The translations under genes were made by a program, and so were the position numbers. The notes beneath the pieces were generated by a model, which was given only the letters and a program-made list of their open reading frames with translations, was not told the origin of the DNA and made no database searches. From positions 1-61,579 of IMG/VR virus record IMGVR_UViG_3300031965_000028: 61,579 nucleotides of DNA; one strand, given 5' to 3'. This DNA comes from a virus. Its lineage: Duplodnaviria; Caudoviricetes. Below, one piece after another: positions 38,253 through 47,477 of this stretch (within the stretch, counting starts at the first letter, position 1; the number at the start of each line of letters is the position of its first letter).

Positions 38253-38914
38253 AGGTAGCAGGATGCTTAGTGTTGCTGGCGGCACTAGAAGTCCCTGTGC
38301 CTGCCTCTGCTCCTGCTCCTCCTCCTATTAGTACTACCCCCATTCCTCGCGCCGCTCTTCAGTACCAGCGTACTCTCATCTCCTCGGCCCGATTCGTGTG
38401 GGGGCTCAATGCGCCGGTAGCGGCAATGGCGGCTCAGGTCCACCAGGAGAGCGGATGGAGAGCGGATGCGCGGTCAGCGTTCGCCTCGGGACTTACCCAA
38501 TTCACTCCGGATACAGCGGATTGGATCTCTCAGCGCTATTCTCAGGAATTGGGAGAGAACCAGCCGCTGAATCCTTCGTGGGCGCTACGGGCGCTTGCCC
38601 GGTATGACAAGTTTCTATATGACCGGCAGCAGACGGCGGCGACCGAATGCGACAGGTGGGCGTTCACGCTCAGCGGGTATAACGGCGGCGAGGGCTGGGT
38701 GAATAGAGACAAGCGGCTGGCAGCAACGCGCGGTGCTGACCCTTCCCGTTGGTGGGGCCACGTCGAGAAGTACAGTCCGAGAGCGGTATGGGCGTTCAAC
38801 GAAAATCGGGACTACCCGCGTAGAATTATCCTTCAACGCCAGCCCCCGTACCGAGCATGGGGGCCGGGCGTAGATTGCGAGTTTACTAATGGTGTGGCTG
38901 TTAGCTCTTCCTAA
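38249..38914 (+). CDS. Endolysin, SLT lytic transglycosylase
   Basis: QVHQESGW, GLTQFTPDTA, SGYNGG; N-terminal hydrophobic signal. Confidence 0.9.
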   Translation: MKVAGCLVLLAALEVPVPASAPAPPPISTTPIPRAALQYQRTLISSARFVWGLNAPVAAMAAQVHQESGWRADARSAFASGLTQFTPDTADWISQRYSQELGENQPLNPSWALRALARYDKFLYDRQQTAATECDRWAFTLSGYNGGEGWVNRDKRLAATRGADPSRWWGHVEKYSPRAVWAFNENRDYPRRIILQRQPPYRAWGPGVDCEFTNGVAVSSS

Positions 38915-39305
38915 CTGGATCAAAGTAGCGGTAGCGGGGGTAGCGGTGATCGGTGTCCTCCAGGTTACCCACTGGATCAAGGTGCGGGGATTGGATAGTC
39001 AGATAGAGCGGCTGGAAGTAGAACTGGCGCTCGAAAAGGGGGCAGTAGCGGACCTGCGAATAGCAGTAAGCGACGTATCAGCCAACCGGGACAAGCTTAC
39101 TGCCACCATCCGCGAGCAGAACGCGGCAGTAGAGCAGATGAGAGTAGAGGCACGGCAGGCGGAGACGGCGGCGAACCTGCGGGTAGCGCGGGCGATAAGG
39201 GCCGGAGAAGAGGAGGCACGTAAACTAAGGCTACCCACTAGTACTGTGCCACCGGGACATGCGGCGATGAACGACTGGCTACGGAGCCGGGTGGGAGTAG
39301 ACTGA
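38889..39305 (+). CDS. Inner-membrane spanin (Rz-like)
   Basis: N-terminal TM plus coiled coil after lysin. Confidence 0.65.
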   Translation: MVWLLALPNWIKVAVAGVAVIGVLQVTHWIKVRGLDSQIERLEVELALEKGAVADLRIAVSDVSANRDKLTATIREQNAAVEQMRVEARQAETAANLRVARAIRAGEEEARKLRLPTSTVPPGHAAMNDWLRSRVGVD

Positions 39306-39958
39306 TGGCCGATCCAGAATACGTAAATCAAGGGCCGGATAGACGGACCGGAGGGGTGCTCGGCCATATTCTGGCCTGGATACAGCGCGTCTTATCCTTC
39401 CACTCGGCTCGGCCGCCCATTGACCTTATCTGGAGGCCATTCTTCCCAATTGGAGATGGATTGGGACATTGGCGCATCGGTATACAGCTATCGCGGCCGG
39501 GATGGTTGCCCTTCTTCGTATTGTTCGTGCCGCGCCGCAGTGGGCGCTGGATGTCGTTTAGGGCCGGATGGAGATGGGACGAGAACTGGGGACGAGGCGG
39601 ATATATTGCTGATGTGATTATCAAGTTCCGCATCAACAATATGGCAGGGTTGGTAGTGCTACTGGCGCTTACACTCGGACTGGCCGCATGTGGCGGCAAG
39701 AAGATCCCTCCTCCTACCGTGGTCCGAATAGTAGAGACAGTAGAAGTAAAAATACCAGTGGTAGAGGCGCGGGTACCGCCGCCTGAACTCCTGGTCCCAC
39801 TCACCCCGCCGCTGCCCCTCTTTGTGGCTCCGGGTGACTCGGAAGCGTCGTCGGCGCTCACGGCGGAGGGGGAGCGGTTGCTGCGCGGGCTAATCGAGGA
39901 GCTGCTCGGGAGAATAGAGGCGTGGCGGGCGTGGGCGCAGGAACCGGTGACCGATTAG
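39305..39958 (+). CDS. ORF whose C-terminal part (ATG 39641) is an outer-membrane spanin-like lipoprotein
   Basis: MAGLVVLLALTLGLAAC lipobox followed by Pro-rich region. Confidence 0.55.
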   Translation: MADPEYVNQGPDRRTGGVLGHILAWIQRVLSFHSARPPIDLIWRPFFPIGDGLGHWRIGIQLSRPGWLPFFVLFVPRRSGRWMSFRAGWRWDENWGRGGYIADVIIKFRINNMAGLVVLLALTLGLAACGGKKIPPPTVVRIVETVEVKIPVVEARVPPPELLVPLTPPLPLFVAPGDSEASSALTAEGERLLRGLIEELLGRIEAWRAWAQEPVTD

Positions 39959-39969
39959 GCAGGACCGTA

Positions 39970-40461
39970 CTACCGCTCCCGGTCCATGTCTATATCGTCT
40001 ATCAGCCGCCCCACCTCTTTTGCCCAATCTTCCGAACATTCTTCGTAAATGGCATCAAGTACCCCCTCGGCCGCACGGTCTGCATGACTTCCTACCCCGT
40101 AGCGGTTGATAAAGGTGTAAGCCTCGATCAGATCGGCAAGGCGGAACACCTTGTAGGCAGGCTCGCTGATCATAGTTGCCATCGCATCCTGTAGCAACCA
40201 TGGACAGAAAACGGCAGAATTGGGGATGGTAATCTTGTTCTTGGCCGGAGTGGGAATATCGCCGGTACGAGACTCGTCCGCATCGTGGCACAGGACGTGG
40301 AGGACTGCTTCGAGAGGAAAAGGAGTAGAGGTACGGGCAGCGAGTTCGAGGGCGATAACCAACACCCGAAATACGTGGTCTGATACCGTCTGTTGTTTCA
40401 GGGTAGGCACAATCGTCCATCTTGGAACTATTGATAAAGCTAGTAAGTCTGTTAGTCGCAC
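39970..40461 (-). CDS. datZ: HD-domain dATP triphosphohydrolase (DatZ-like, YfbR fold)
   Basis: RWTIVPT..QTVSDHVFRV...HDADESRTGDIPTPAK...ADLIEA; linked to purZ. Confidence 0.85.
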   Translation of the reverse strand: MRLTDLLALSIVPRWTIVPTLKQQTVSDHVFRVLVIALELAARTSTPFPLEAVLHVLCHDADESRTGDIPTPAKNKITIPNSAVFCPWLLQDAMATMISEPAYKVFRLADLIEAYTFINRYGVGSHADRAAEGVLDAIYEECSEDWAKEVGRLIDDIDMDRER

Positions 40462-40853
40462 GGGTTACTCCTGTTCCAAGTTCTAATCTTGTGACAAACT
40501 GCACACACTACATCACACTTGGCCATCTCAGCCTTAATGCGCGCTATTCCTGTTCCTATATGACTGACATTAAACAGTTTCTCCCCGCGACAGTGATCGA
40601 ATTCCATACAGTAGTGTGGAAGTTCTACTCCGCAGTCCGCACAAGGTACTTCTTTAGAGGTCTGAAGGAACTTGCGTAGTCTAGCATATCTAGCTCTATC
40701 ATAGCTCCTAAATTTATTCGGGTTTCCTTTTTTGTATACTAGATGTTCTTTTTTGTACCTCTCTGGATCGCTGCTGCGATATAAGCGCATCCTAGCAGCA
40801 TTGCTAGGTCTTTCGTGTCGTCTATCTTTCTTTATTTTCGGGAGAGCTATCAC
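40452..40853 (-). CDS. HNH endonuclease
   Basis: CADC...MEFDH.RG.K...KCDVVCAVCH.IRT. Confidence 0.85.
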   Translation of the reverse strand: MIALPKIKKDRRHERPSNAARMRLYRSSDPERYKKEHLVYKKGNPNKFRSYDRARYARLRKFLQTSKEVPCADCGVELPHYCMEFDHCRGEKLFNVSHIGTGIARIKAEMAKCDVVCAVCHKIRTWNRSNPCD

Positions 40854-40856
40854 TAC

Positions 40857-41351
40857 TTAGTCCTCCTCTCCCTCATCGTACTGTTTCTTTGCTCGGAATG
40901 TTACATACGGCTGAACCTCGGTGCGCTTCGTCGCCTTCTCAAGCTGCTTCAGGGTGATTCCCTGTTCGATAAGCTTTTCGCGGACCAGCGATTCCCGTGG
41001 CTCCGGCTTTACGTACGCTGCTGTCCACGCCTCATCTCTCACCGACCAGCTCTCGCTATCGTCCACGTCCTCCATGATCGCTCGCGCTACTACCTTCTTT
41101 GCCTTTACTTCCTCTTCTAACCCCTTCATCTTCGCCGTCAGCTCCGTGATCTCGTCTCCCAGGTCTTTAAGGTCGTCCAGCTTCCCTCGAAACTTGCTGT
41201 CCCTCCAATTAGGGAGGTCGCGCTCCTCGAACTTACCGCGCTTCTTGTCGTTGATGGGTGGAGCAGCAACCCTAGTGGAAGATGGTCTGCTTGTCGCCCC
41301 TACTGCCCCTCTGACCCCCTTCGAACCCGCCGCTCCCTTTGCTCCTGCCAT
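40857..41351 (-). CDS. Hypothetical coiled-coil protein
   Basis: RBS, replication operon. Confidence 0.65.
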   Translation of the reverse strand: MAGAKGAAGSKGVRGAVGATSRPSSTRVAAPPINDKKRGKFEERDLPNWRDSKFRGKLDDLKDLGDEITELTAKMKGLEEEVKAKKVVARAIMEDVDDSESWSVRDEAWTAAYVKPEPRESLVREKLIEQGITLKQLEKATKRTEVQPYVTFRAKKQYDEGEED

Positions 41352-41506
41352 GTGACTCCTCCATTGTGTAGACGATTAGATCGATTCCGGGTGACTCGTA
41401 TCCGCAGTTCGGACAATAGACACTAAGCCGATTCTCCTCCAGGTTCAACATGAACGCGTGGCCGTAGCGGAAGGCGCACCAGCGCTCACGCCACATCTTT
41501 GACCAG

Positions 41507-44137
41507 CTAATCCTTGAGCTTCCCCCAAGACTGTGCGAACGATCCGCTTGATTTGACTGGGACCCGTAGCTTGGTAACATCGGTCATACCTCTTAGGATA
41601 ATGGGGGCTACATCCTCCCCCAGCCCTTCCAGTATCTCGAACATCAGACTATCGTGGATCTGCACGATAAACCTTACTGCCTTCCCATAGTCCCACAGTT
41701 GCTCCCACAGCCATCCCATGGTCCGTTGTAGCATTCCCTGTGCTCCGCCCTGGATCTTGTGCGAGTGCGTCTGCCGCTGTGCCTCCCACCTCTCCCACTT
41801 GTCCTCACTGAAGATCGCCGGTAGATACCGCTGCATCCCCCAGCGGTCCTTGATTACCCCTCCCGCTCTCCGGCACTCCTCATGGCACCCGGTCATATAG
41901 GTCTGAACCCCCGGATATAGCTTGAACCATTCTTTCCTCAGCTTGGCTACTCCGTTTAAATCCCATCCCTCGCACCCGGCCATGCGCAGCTGGTCCAGCA
42001 GTCCCTGGTCCTGTATTCCCGTGATGACCCCGAATCCTGCCCGCTTGCTAGGATACCGGTGCTTCATCTTATGCACCTGATCGTACGGGACCCCGAAGAT
42101 CTTGGAGGCGGTATCGGTATGGATGTCGATCTTGCCATCGTTGAATAGTCGTACCAGCCGTTCATCCCTGCTCTCGTCCGCCATGACCCGCATCTCGGCC
42201 TGATCCAGGTCTGCTTCGAACAGCTCGTACCCCTCTTCGGCCCGGTAACAGTCTCGCACCGACTTGCCTAGTTCGTTACGCACCGGAATAGCAAGGAGGG
42301 GAGCACTGGGGCGGTCATCGAAGGCGGTAGCAGAGAAGCGACCGGAGGAGACGCGGGTAATTTTAAGGTCGCACACCACGCGAGTCGAGGCTAGCTTTTC
42401 CGGCCAATTCTCTAGCACCGGGTCCACAAACGAGTCCCGTACTTTCTGGTGCTCTCTCCATTGTTCTATCTGCTCGATAGCCTCGTCCTCGAATCGCAGG
42501 TGCTCTATGGACTTCTTGCTCGTGCTCATTTTGCCGGTCGATGTCTTCTTCTCCCCTCTGAGCCCGCGCCTCCGCATTAACGTTGCCACCTGATCGGAAG
42601 ATGCTGGGTTGAACGGTCGTCCTTGGAAGTAATTCCTAGAGATCCCATCCCGTATTAACCCCATCTTCTCCGTCATCTCTTCGCCTAGCTTCTCGAAGGA
42701 CGCGCGATCGCCGGTAATCCCGTTGATCTTCATGCTCACCGCAGCGGGCAGCATGCGCATCTTCATAGTCATCAGCGAGTCCAGCCCAGCAGCGGAGATG
42801 GCGGCCTTCATCTTGGGATACAGGCGGAGGTTGGCATCGGGATCGCGGCCAGCGTAGTAGACGGCATCAGCTAGAGGGATATCGGCCAGAGTGCCGATGG
42901 GAAACGCGCCTAAATCCTTCTCTACTATTACTCGCAGCTCTCTGTCCACCTTCTTCCAGCGCTTGTGGGGGTCGGTCCTCCTTCCCTCTTTGTCCAGCTT
43001 CTCCGAGTAGTAATCTACTAGGATCGCTTCAGCCCTGCGCTGGACCGGCTGAGGAGTATACAAGTGCGCGCTACCGTCATTCTCGTGCTCTACTCGCGCT
43101 TCCGGCTTCCCCCACTTTCCCTCCATCACCCTTTCTAGATACCCCAGCTGCTTCTCCAGCCCCGCCTGCCCCACCGTCTCCGCGTAGTCCTTCATCACCA
43201 TTCCGCAGTGGCGGCGGGCGAGGTTCTTGAGGGACTGTGGCTCGACGCACAATAGATACGCCGCCATCATGGTATCGAAGATATCCACCTCGATGTCGTA
43301 GAGGAAATCGAGGCCCAGCCCTAGGCACATCTCGAAGTCATAGAGAGCAGGATGGACCACCAGCACCGGCTTCTTCTTCTCCAGCTTCTCTCGGAGCAGT
43401 GCGATGGCGCGAGAGAAGCGCGGGTGCCCCTTGCGCAAAACGAGGCCGGTTCCGGGGGCTACGGAGACTTGGACCGACCATTCGGAGCCCGGTACTCCCT
43501 CGGTGTCCAGCCCGACCGCACCTCCAGCCGCGCCCTCCTCCATCCCGCCCAGATACCAGTCGAAATTGCTGTCATCCAGGTCGAAGTACTGAGGCTTAGG
43601 ATGTAGGTCTATAGGAGGATCTACCGGTAGCTTGCCTTTAATTGCGGCAGCGGCACGCGCGTAGTCCCAGGTGACGAGCGGTAGAAGATCCTGATTATAG
43701 AAGGGGCTTGCAGGATGGTAGCAGGGGAGGATGGTAGCATCATAGCCAGCACCGTCCGACCAGCGGTGAGGAATGCCGTGGATGGCCTCCAGGTAGGCGG
43801 ACTCACCAAGGAAGAAGCGAGTAGAGAGAGCCCCAGCGGTGATGATGAACTTGGGCTTGATCTTGCGCAGCTCCGCTAATAGTACCGGCCCCCACTTGGC
43901 TACATCCTCGGGTTCGGGATAAGGGTTCCCCTGCCGGTACTCCTTCATCAGGTTTGTGAGCCAGCCGTCACGCCGGTCCAGCCCATTCCGCTCCAGGTGC
44001 GCATCCTGAGCCTGACCAGTGCGGCCTACGAACGGACGGCGACGGTGCGCCTCTTCCTCGCCCGGTGCTTCCCCTACTATGGCCCACCGCGCCTTGGGGT
44101 TGCCTTCGCCCGGAACGATAATACCAGTAGCGGCCAC
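41507..44137 (-). CDS. polA: Family A DNA polymerase with N-terminal UDG-family (SPO1-type) domain; candidate Z-selective polymerase
   Basis: GEAPG..E....PFVG..G and YHPA (UDG); LDTE/LYD/YAGRD exo motifs; DLDQAEMR, RYPSKRAGFG, QIHDSL. Confidence 0.93.
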   Translation of the reverse strand: MAATGIIVPGEGNPKARWAIVGEAPGEEEAHRRRPFVGRTGQAQDAHLERNGLDRRDGWLTNLMKEYRQGNPYPEPEDVAKWGPVLLAELRKIKPKFIITAGALSTRFFLGESAYLEAIHGIPHRWSDGAGYDATILPCYHPASPFYNQDLLPLVTWDYARAAAAIKGKLPVDPPIDLHPKPQYFDLDDSNFDWYLGGMEEGAAGGAVGLDTEGVPGSEWSVQVSVAPGTGLVLRKGHPRFSRAIALLREKLEKKKPVLVVHPALYDFEMCLGLGLDFLYDIEVDIFDTMMAAYLLCVEPQSLKNLARRHCGMVMKDYAETVGQAGLEKQLGYLERVMEGKWGKPEARVEHENDGSAHLYTPQPVQRRAEAILVDYYSEKLDKEGRRTDPHKRWKKVDRELRVIVEKDLGAFPIGTLADIPLADAVYYAGRDPDANLRLYPKMKAAISAAGLDSLMTMKMRMLPAAVSMKINGITGDRASFEKLGEEMTEKMGLIRDGISRNYFQGRPFNPASSDQVATLMRRRGLRGEKKTSTGKMSTSKKSIEHLRFEDEAIEQIEQWREHQKVRDSFVDPVLENWPEKLASTRVVCDLKITRVSSGRFSATAFDDRPSAPLLAIPVRNELGKSVRDCYRAEEGYELFEADLDQAEMRVMADESRDERLVRLFNDGKIDIHTDTASKIFGVPYDQVHKMKHRYPSKRAGFGVITGIQDQGLLDQLRMAGCEGWDLNGVAKLRKEWFKLYPGVQTYMTGCHEECRRAGGVIKDRWGMQRYLPAIFSEDKWERWEAQRQTHSHKIQGGAQGMLQRTMGWLWEQLWDYGKAVRFIVQIHDSLMFEILEGLGEDVAPIILRGMTDVTKLRVPVKSSGSFAQSWGKLKD

Positions 44138-44814
44138 TAATAGTCCTTGCCGGTTGACCGGTTGATATTACCAATGGTCTCTTGTGCTAAGCCCTGTGTC
44201 GCACCTGTTCGCGCTTCCCGGTCCTGCTCCGTCGTGCGCTCATACCCCATCACGAATATCGCGTTTAATACCACCCCTGCTGCATCATCATCGATCAGAG
44301 CAAGCGGCGGAGGAACATTCGGACCGCGCATCCGGTCGCGGATCAGCAGCAGGTGTTCGATGGCGTGGTTGATGCGATCGAAGATGAACTCCCGGTCGCG
44401 TAATCCTTGTTGCCAGTTATCTACCCCGTACTTCTCCGCACCCAGCTCGAATCTCCGTGCGATCCGCTCCAGTGCCCACGTCGGAATAAGGTCGTAGCGC
44501 GGTTTCCGTCCGGATGAAGTAGCACCGCTGGTAAATACGTGCTTTTCGCTCGTGTTCATTCCCTTCCCCCTGTAACCATCTGGGACCTCGATACCAGTAA
44601 TCTCTCCGTGTGATCTAGGTGTAGGCACCTCTTCCTCCTTCTGATACACTACACGTTCAACCTTGATGATCTCGCTAGTGCTAAGATCAATGGTGATCGT
44701 ATCTCCAGCTTCGATATTCACCGGAGCGATCCACCCGGTCACTCTTTCCGCCTCCTGATCGCGCTCACCGCCGACTTCGCTATAGTCGGACCTATCCCCT
44801 TTATCTCCCGCCAC
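44137..44814 (-). CDS. dATP/dGTP diphosphohydrolase domain protein (DUF5664-like); true start may be downstream
   Basis: KPRYDLIP..ALERIA..FELGAEKYGVDNWQQG...HAIEHL. Confidence 0.8.
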   Translation of the reverse strand: MAGDKGDRSDYSEVGGERDQEAERVTGWIAPVNIEAGDTITIDLSTSEIIKVERVVYQKEEEVPTPRSHGEITGIEVPDGYRGKGMNTSEKHVFTSGATSSGRKPRYDLIPTWALERIARRFELGAEKYGVDNWQQGLRDREFIFDRINHAIEHLLLIRDRMRGPNVPPPLALIDDDAAGVVLNAIFVMGYERTTEQDREARTGATQGLAQETIGNINRSTGKDY

Positions 44815-45479
44815 TCTTCTACCCCCGCTTCTATCATCTCTGCCACGCTTTCAAAGTGCTTCGCCGCCGCCCATCCCCGCACATAGTCTATCGCAGGTAG
44901 CCCCGATGCTACCTTCGCCATAATCGCCTCAACGGGATCCGCGTCCGGTGGCGCTGCCGTCTCTCCGCTCTTGTCGAACACCTGTAGCCCCCGGTGCTTA
45001 TCCCAGGGCTTCTCCAACCAGTGGTCCATGACTGCCAGCCACGTAGCTGCTTCGTTGAGGTCGTATACTTGCTTGACCCGAAGCGGCGTAAGCATCTGAG
45101 CAGTAAGGAGGAACCCCTCGAGGTATGAGTATGGGACCGGCCTCCGCCCCAGCTTATATTGTTTCCACAGCTTCCCGCGTCGAACCTGAAGATTGTTATC
45201 AGGTCCGGACCGGTGCACGCCGTAGTATAGAAGGAAGCTATAGTCATAAGCAGCCAGCATTCGAGGAATCTGAGTTGCACCTAGCCGTCCGGTGGAGATA
45301 GAGGATAGGAGATCCGATAATGACTTGACCTCTACCCCAACCGTAATCACCGAGCTATCGGGACCGCAGCCAGTAAGCATGACATCGGCCGAGTCCAGCG
45401 TCACTAATTGACACCGGCCGTCGAGCGCAGGCATGTCGGCCAGATCCCTGCTACCTGCGCGAGAATCAACGAGAATCAC
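44739..45479 (-). CDS. ERCC4/XPF-family nuclease with HhH (resolvase candidate)
   Basis: ILVDSR, GVEVKSLSDLLSSI..GRL..Q, IKGIGPTIA. Confidence 0.85.
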   Translation of the reverse strand: MILVDSRAGSRDLADMPALDGRCQLVTLDSADVMLTGCGPDSSVITVGVEVKSLSDLLSSISTGRLGATQIPRMLAAYDYSFLLYYGVHRSGPDNNLQVRRGKLWKQYKLGRRPVPYSYLEGFLLTAQMLTPLRVKQVYDLNEAATWLAVMDHWLEKPWDKHRGLQVFDKSGETAAPPDADPVEAIMAKVASGLPAIDYVRGWAAAKHFESVAEMIEAGVEEWREIKGIGPTIAKSAVSAIRRRKE

Positions 45480-45701
45480 GTACGATACACTCTCTTGGAA
45501 TCTGCTGTAGCCCTACATAGCCTTGTAACGCCATCTCACGTAGATATCGTAGATGCATCATTGCCGGGCGTCCATCTGGAAACCGCGTCAATATGATACA
45601 GTACTCGCTGCGCCACAACCACTCATCAGGGTGTTTTTCCTGTACTCGACGGCGAGCGACTGGACTAACAAATAACTTTATATAGTCAGGCAAAGTAACT
45701 C

Positions 45702-46976
45702 CTACACCTTGCGGTCGAGCGTGTGGCAATCCTCGGGACCGAAGCTGACCAGCCGTACTGAAGCCCTGCACCACTCCTCTAGCTGCCTGGTATATTCCTG
45801 CTGGTCCGCCGTCCACTCTCGGGGCAAGGTAAACCAGCTCTCCGGCCACACGTAATTGGCGAAGGTGAGTGCTACCCACGCCGGTCGTATCTGCCGTGCT
45901 GCCGTTTCTACCGTTTCCCGGTCCAGCCGCGCGATTCGCCTCAGCTTCTTTGTTACCGTGGTCAGCTCGAACAACGTCGATAGCTCCTTAACCGTCGCCT
46001 CGGGCAGCGACATCAGCGCCGTCTTGTGAACCTCGGATAGCGCGGCCTGATAGTTGAGGCGGTCTGCCGCAGACCAGCGGTGCTGGTTGAGATGGGACCA
46101 GTTGGCCGGTCCATCGAAATTCTTTCCTGCCTCCACTACCGCTTCCTCGAACGATGCTATGGCACCCTCGCGGAGTAGCGGCGGCAAACCCGCCCTGTCG
46201 CGAAGAGCATTCATCTCCCGCGCCAGCTCCGGCCAGCTAGTCTCCTGTGGCATCGGGCCAGAGTTTCCAGCAACGCGGATGGGATAGGTGCGGACTACCA
46301 TGCAGATCTCGGTTGGCAACGCGGGACTCAATCCACACTCCAACATCCACTGTGCCGGTCCCGTCTGCTTGTGGGTGGTGTAGGGGTAAGGGCCGAGATA
46401 CAGGTCGAGCAACTGTCCCTGGGTACCTTCGAGCAGAATCTTCGCGCCCTCGTTCCAGCTATAGTTCAGCAGCGCCTCAGTGTCACACACGTCGTAGCCG
46501 TCGCTTTCGTGGGTGTCTCCAAATTGCTGGTAGCCTAGTCCTCGGCCCGTGATTCTTTCGACCAGCGCTTCACTCGCACCTTTGCCCGTCGCACCGATAG
46601 CATGGTGACGACCAGAGTCTTTGCTGCGGGCTGCGTGGTACGGACGGTGAATGCCTGCGCGGCGGTCGATGGAAAGGCGCTCGCGGATGTCGGTGCCGGT
46701 CAGAGCGGAGATTTCACGGACCTCACGATCAAGGATAGTAGGATCAATCAGGGCACCAGCGCCAATCACCAGCCGCGTATCCGGGTTCACCCATCCAACC
46801 GGTAATTGCTGGTTCACGTAGCGGGAGCCATTGTAGTAGACCGAATGGCCAGCGTTGACTGCGCCTGTCCGCACTGCTATGTCCATCCGCTCCTTCTTGC
46901 ACAGGTAGCCCGCCACGAGCCCCTTACTTTCCGAACCGAACTGGCCTCCCTGCACGATAATTATCGGATTGCCCAT
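45702..46976 (-). CDS. purZ: N6-succino-2-amino-dAMP synthetase (PurZ family)
   Basis: PurA fold with GGQFGSESKG (Ser for catalytic Asp), NAGH, EGTQG, RTYPIRVAGNSGP, ELTTVTKKLRRI. Confidence 0.92.
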   Translation of the reverse strand: MGNPIIIVQGGQFGSESKGLVAGYLCKKERMDIAVRTGAVNAGHSVYYNGSRYVNQQLPVGWVNPDTRLVIGAGALIDPTILDREVREISALTGTDIRERLSIDRRAGIHRPYHAARSKDSGRHHAIGATGKGASEALVERITGRGLGYQQFGDTHESDGYDVCDTEALLNYSWNEGAKILLEGTQGQLLDLYLGPYPYTTHKQTGPAQWMLECGLSPALPTEICMVVRTYPIRVAGNSGPMPQETSWPELAREMNALRDRAGLPPLLREGAIASFEEAVVEAGKNFDGPANWSHLNQHRWSAADRLNYQAALSEVHKTALMSLPEATVKELSTLFELTTVTKKLRRIARLDRETVETAARQIRPAWVALTFANYVWPESWFTLPREWTADQQEYTRQLEEWCRASVRLVSFGPEDCHTLDRKV

Positions 46977-46978
46977 CT

Positions 46979-47437
46979 CTAATCCTTCGGGTCGGCTTGC
47001 GCCCGTAAATTAAGACGCCGAATCTCCGCGTGGATGGTTTCCTTGTAGCGCGGATCTCGGGCCTTAGTGTTAAATGGTTTGCCTTTTCTACTTCTATTGG
47101 TCTCCGCAACAGTAAGGTATTCCAACAGCAGCTCAGCCTGTCTTTTCTTTAATACTAACCACGGTATAACAATGGGCAACCATGTCTTTAAATCCTCGGC
47201 CGACATTCTCCAAGTATACTGCCTTCGGTTGCGAGGGCCTCTGCGTCTATGGACATACACTCTAGTGATGCCTGTCTTCTCAATCAGAGCATCTGATAGT
47301 CTAGAGTCCGTATTGGCGATGGATACTACAGGACGGAATGTGTTAGCGTTATGTTTGCGTCGGTCGATCAACATTACACTACCTTCTCCGTCTATAAGTG
47401 CAGCAAGCCACGCGGCGGTAGTTTTGGGGACTCTCAT
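46979..47437 (-). CDS. LAGLIDADG homing endonuclease (leaderless start MRVPK)
   Basis: AWLAALIDGEGSV, ANTD, PWLVLKKRQAEL. Confidence 0.88.
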   Translation of the reverse strand: MRVPKTTAAWLAALIDGEGSVMLIDRRKHNANTFRPVVSIANTDSRLSDALIEKTGITRVYVHRRRGPRNRRQYTWRMSAEDLKTWLPIVIPWLVLKKRQAELLLEYLTVAETNRSRKGKPFNTKARDPRYKETIHAEIRRLNLRAQADPKD

Positions 47438-47443
47438 GTCCAG

Positions 47444-47473
47444 ATTGTAACACACCTATGGGTGTGGCTGCAA
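47444..47473 (-). promoter_or_regulatory. sigma-70-type promoter TTGCAG-N18-TACAAT
   Basis: TG-extended -10, 6 nt upstream of ATG. Confidence 0.6.
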
Positions 47474-47477
47474 TACC

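Noticed and set aside
45702-46976. Ordinary adenylosuccinate synthetase purA (auxiliary metabolic gene)
   Set aside because: Catalytic GDEGKG Asp is Ser, YTTRV is YPIRV, and datZ-like gene is linked
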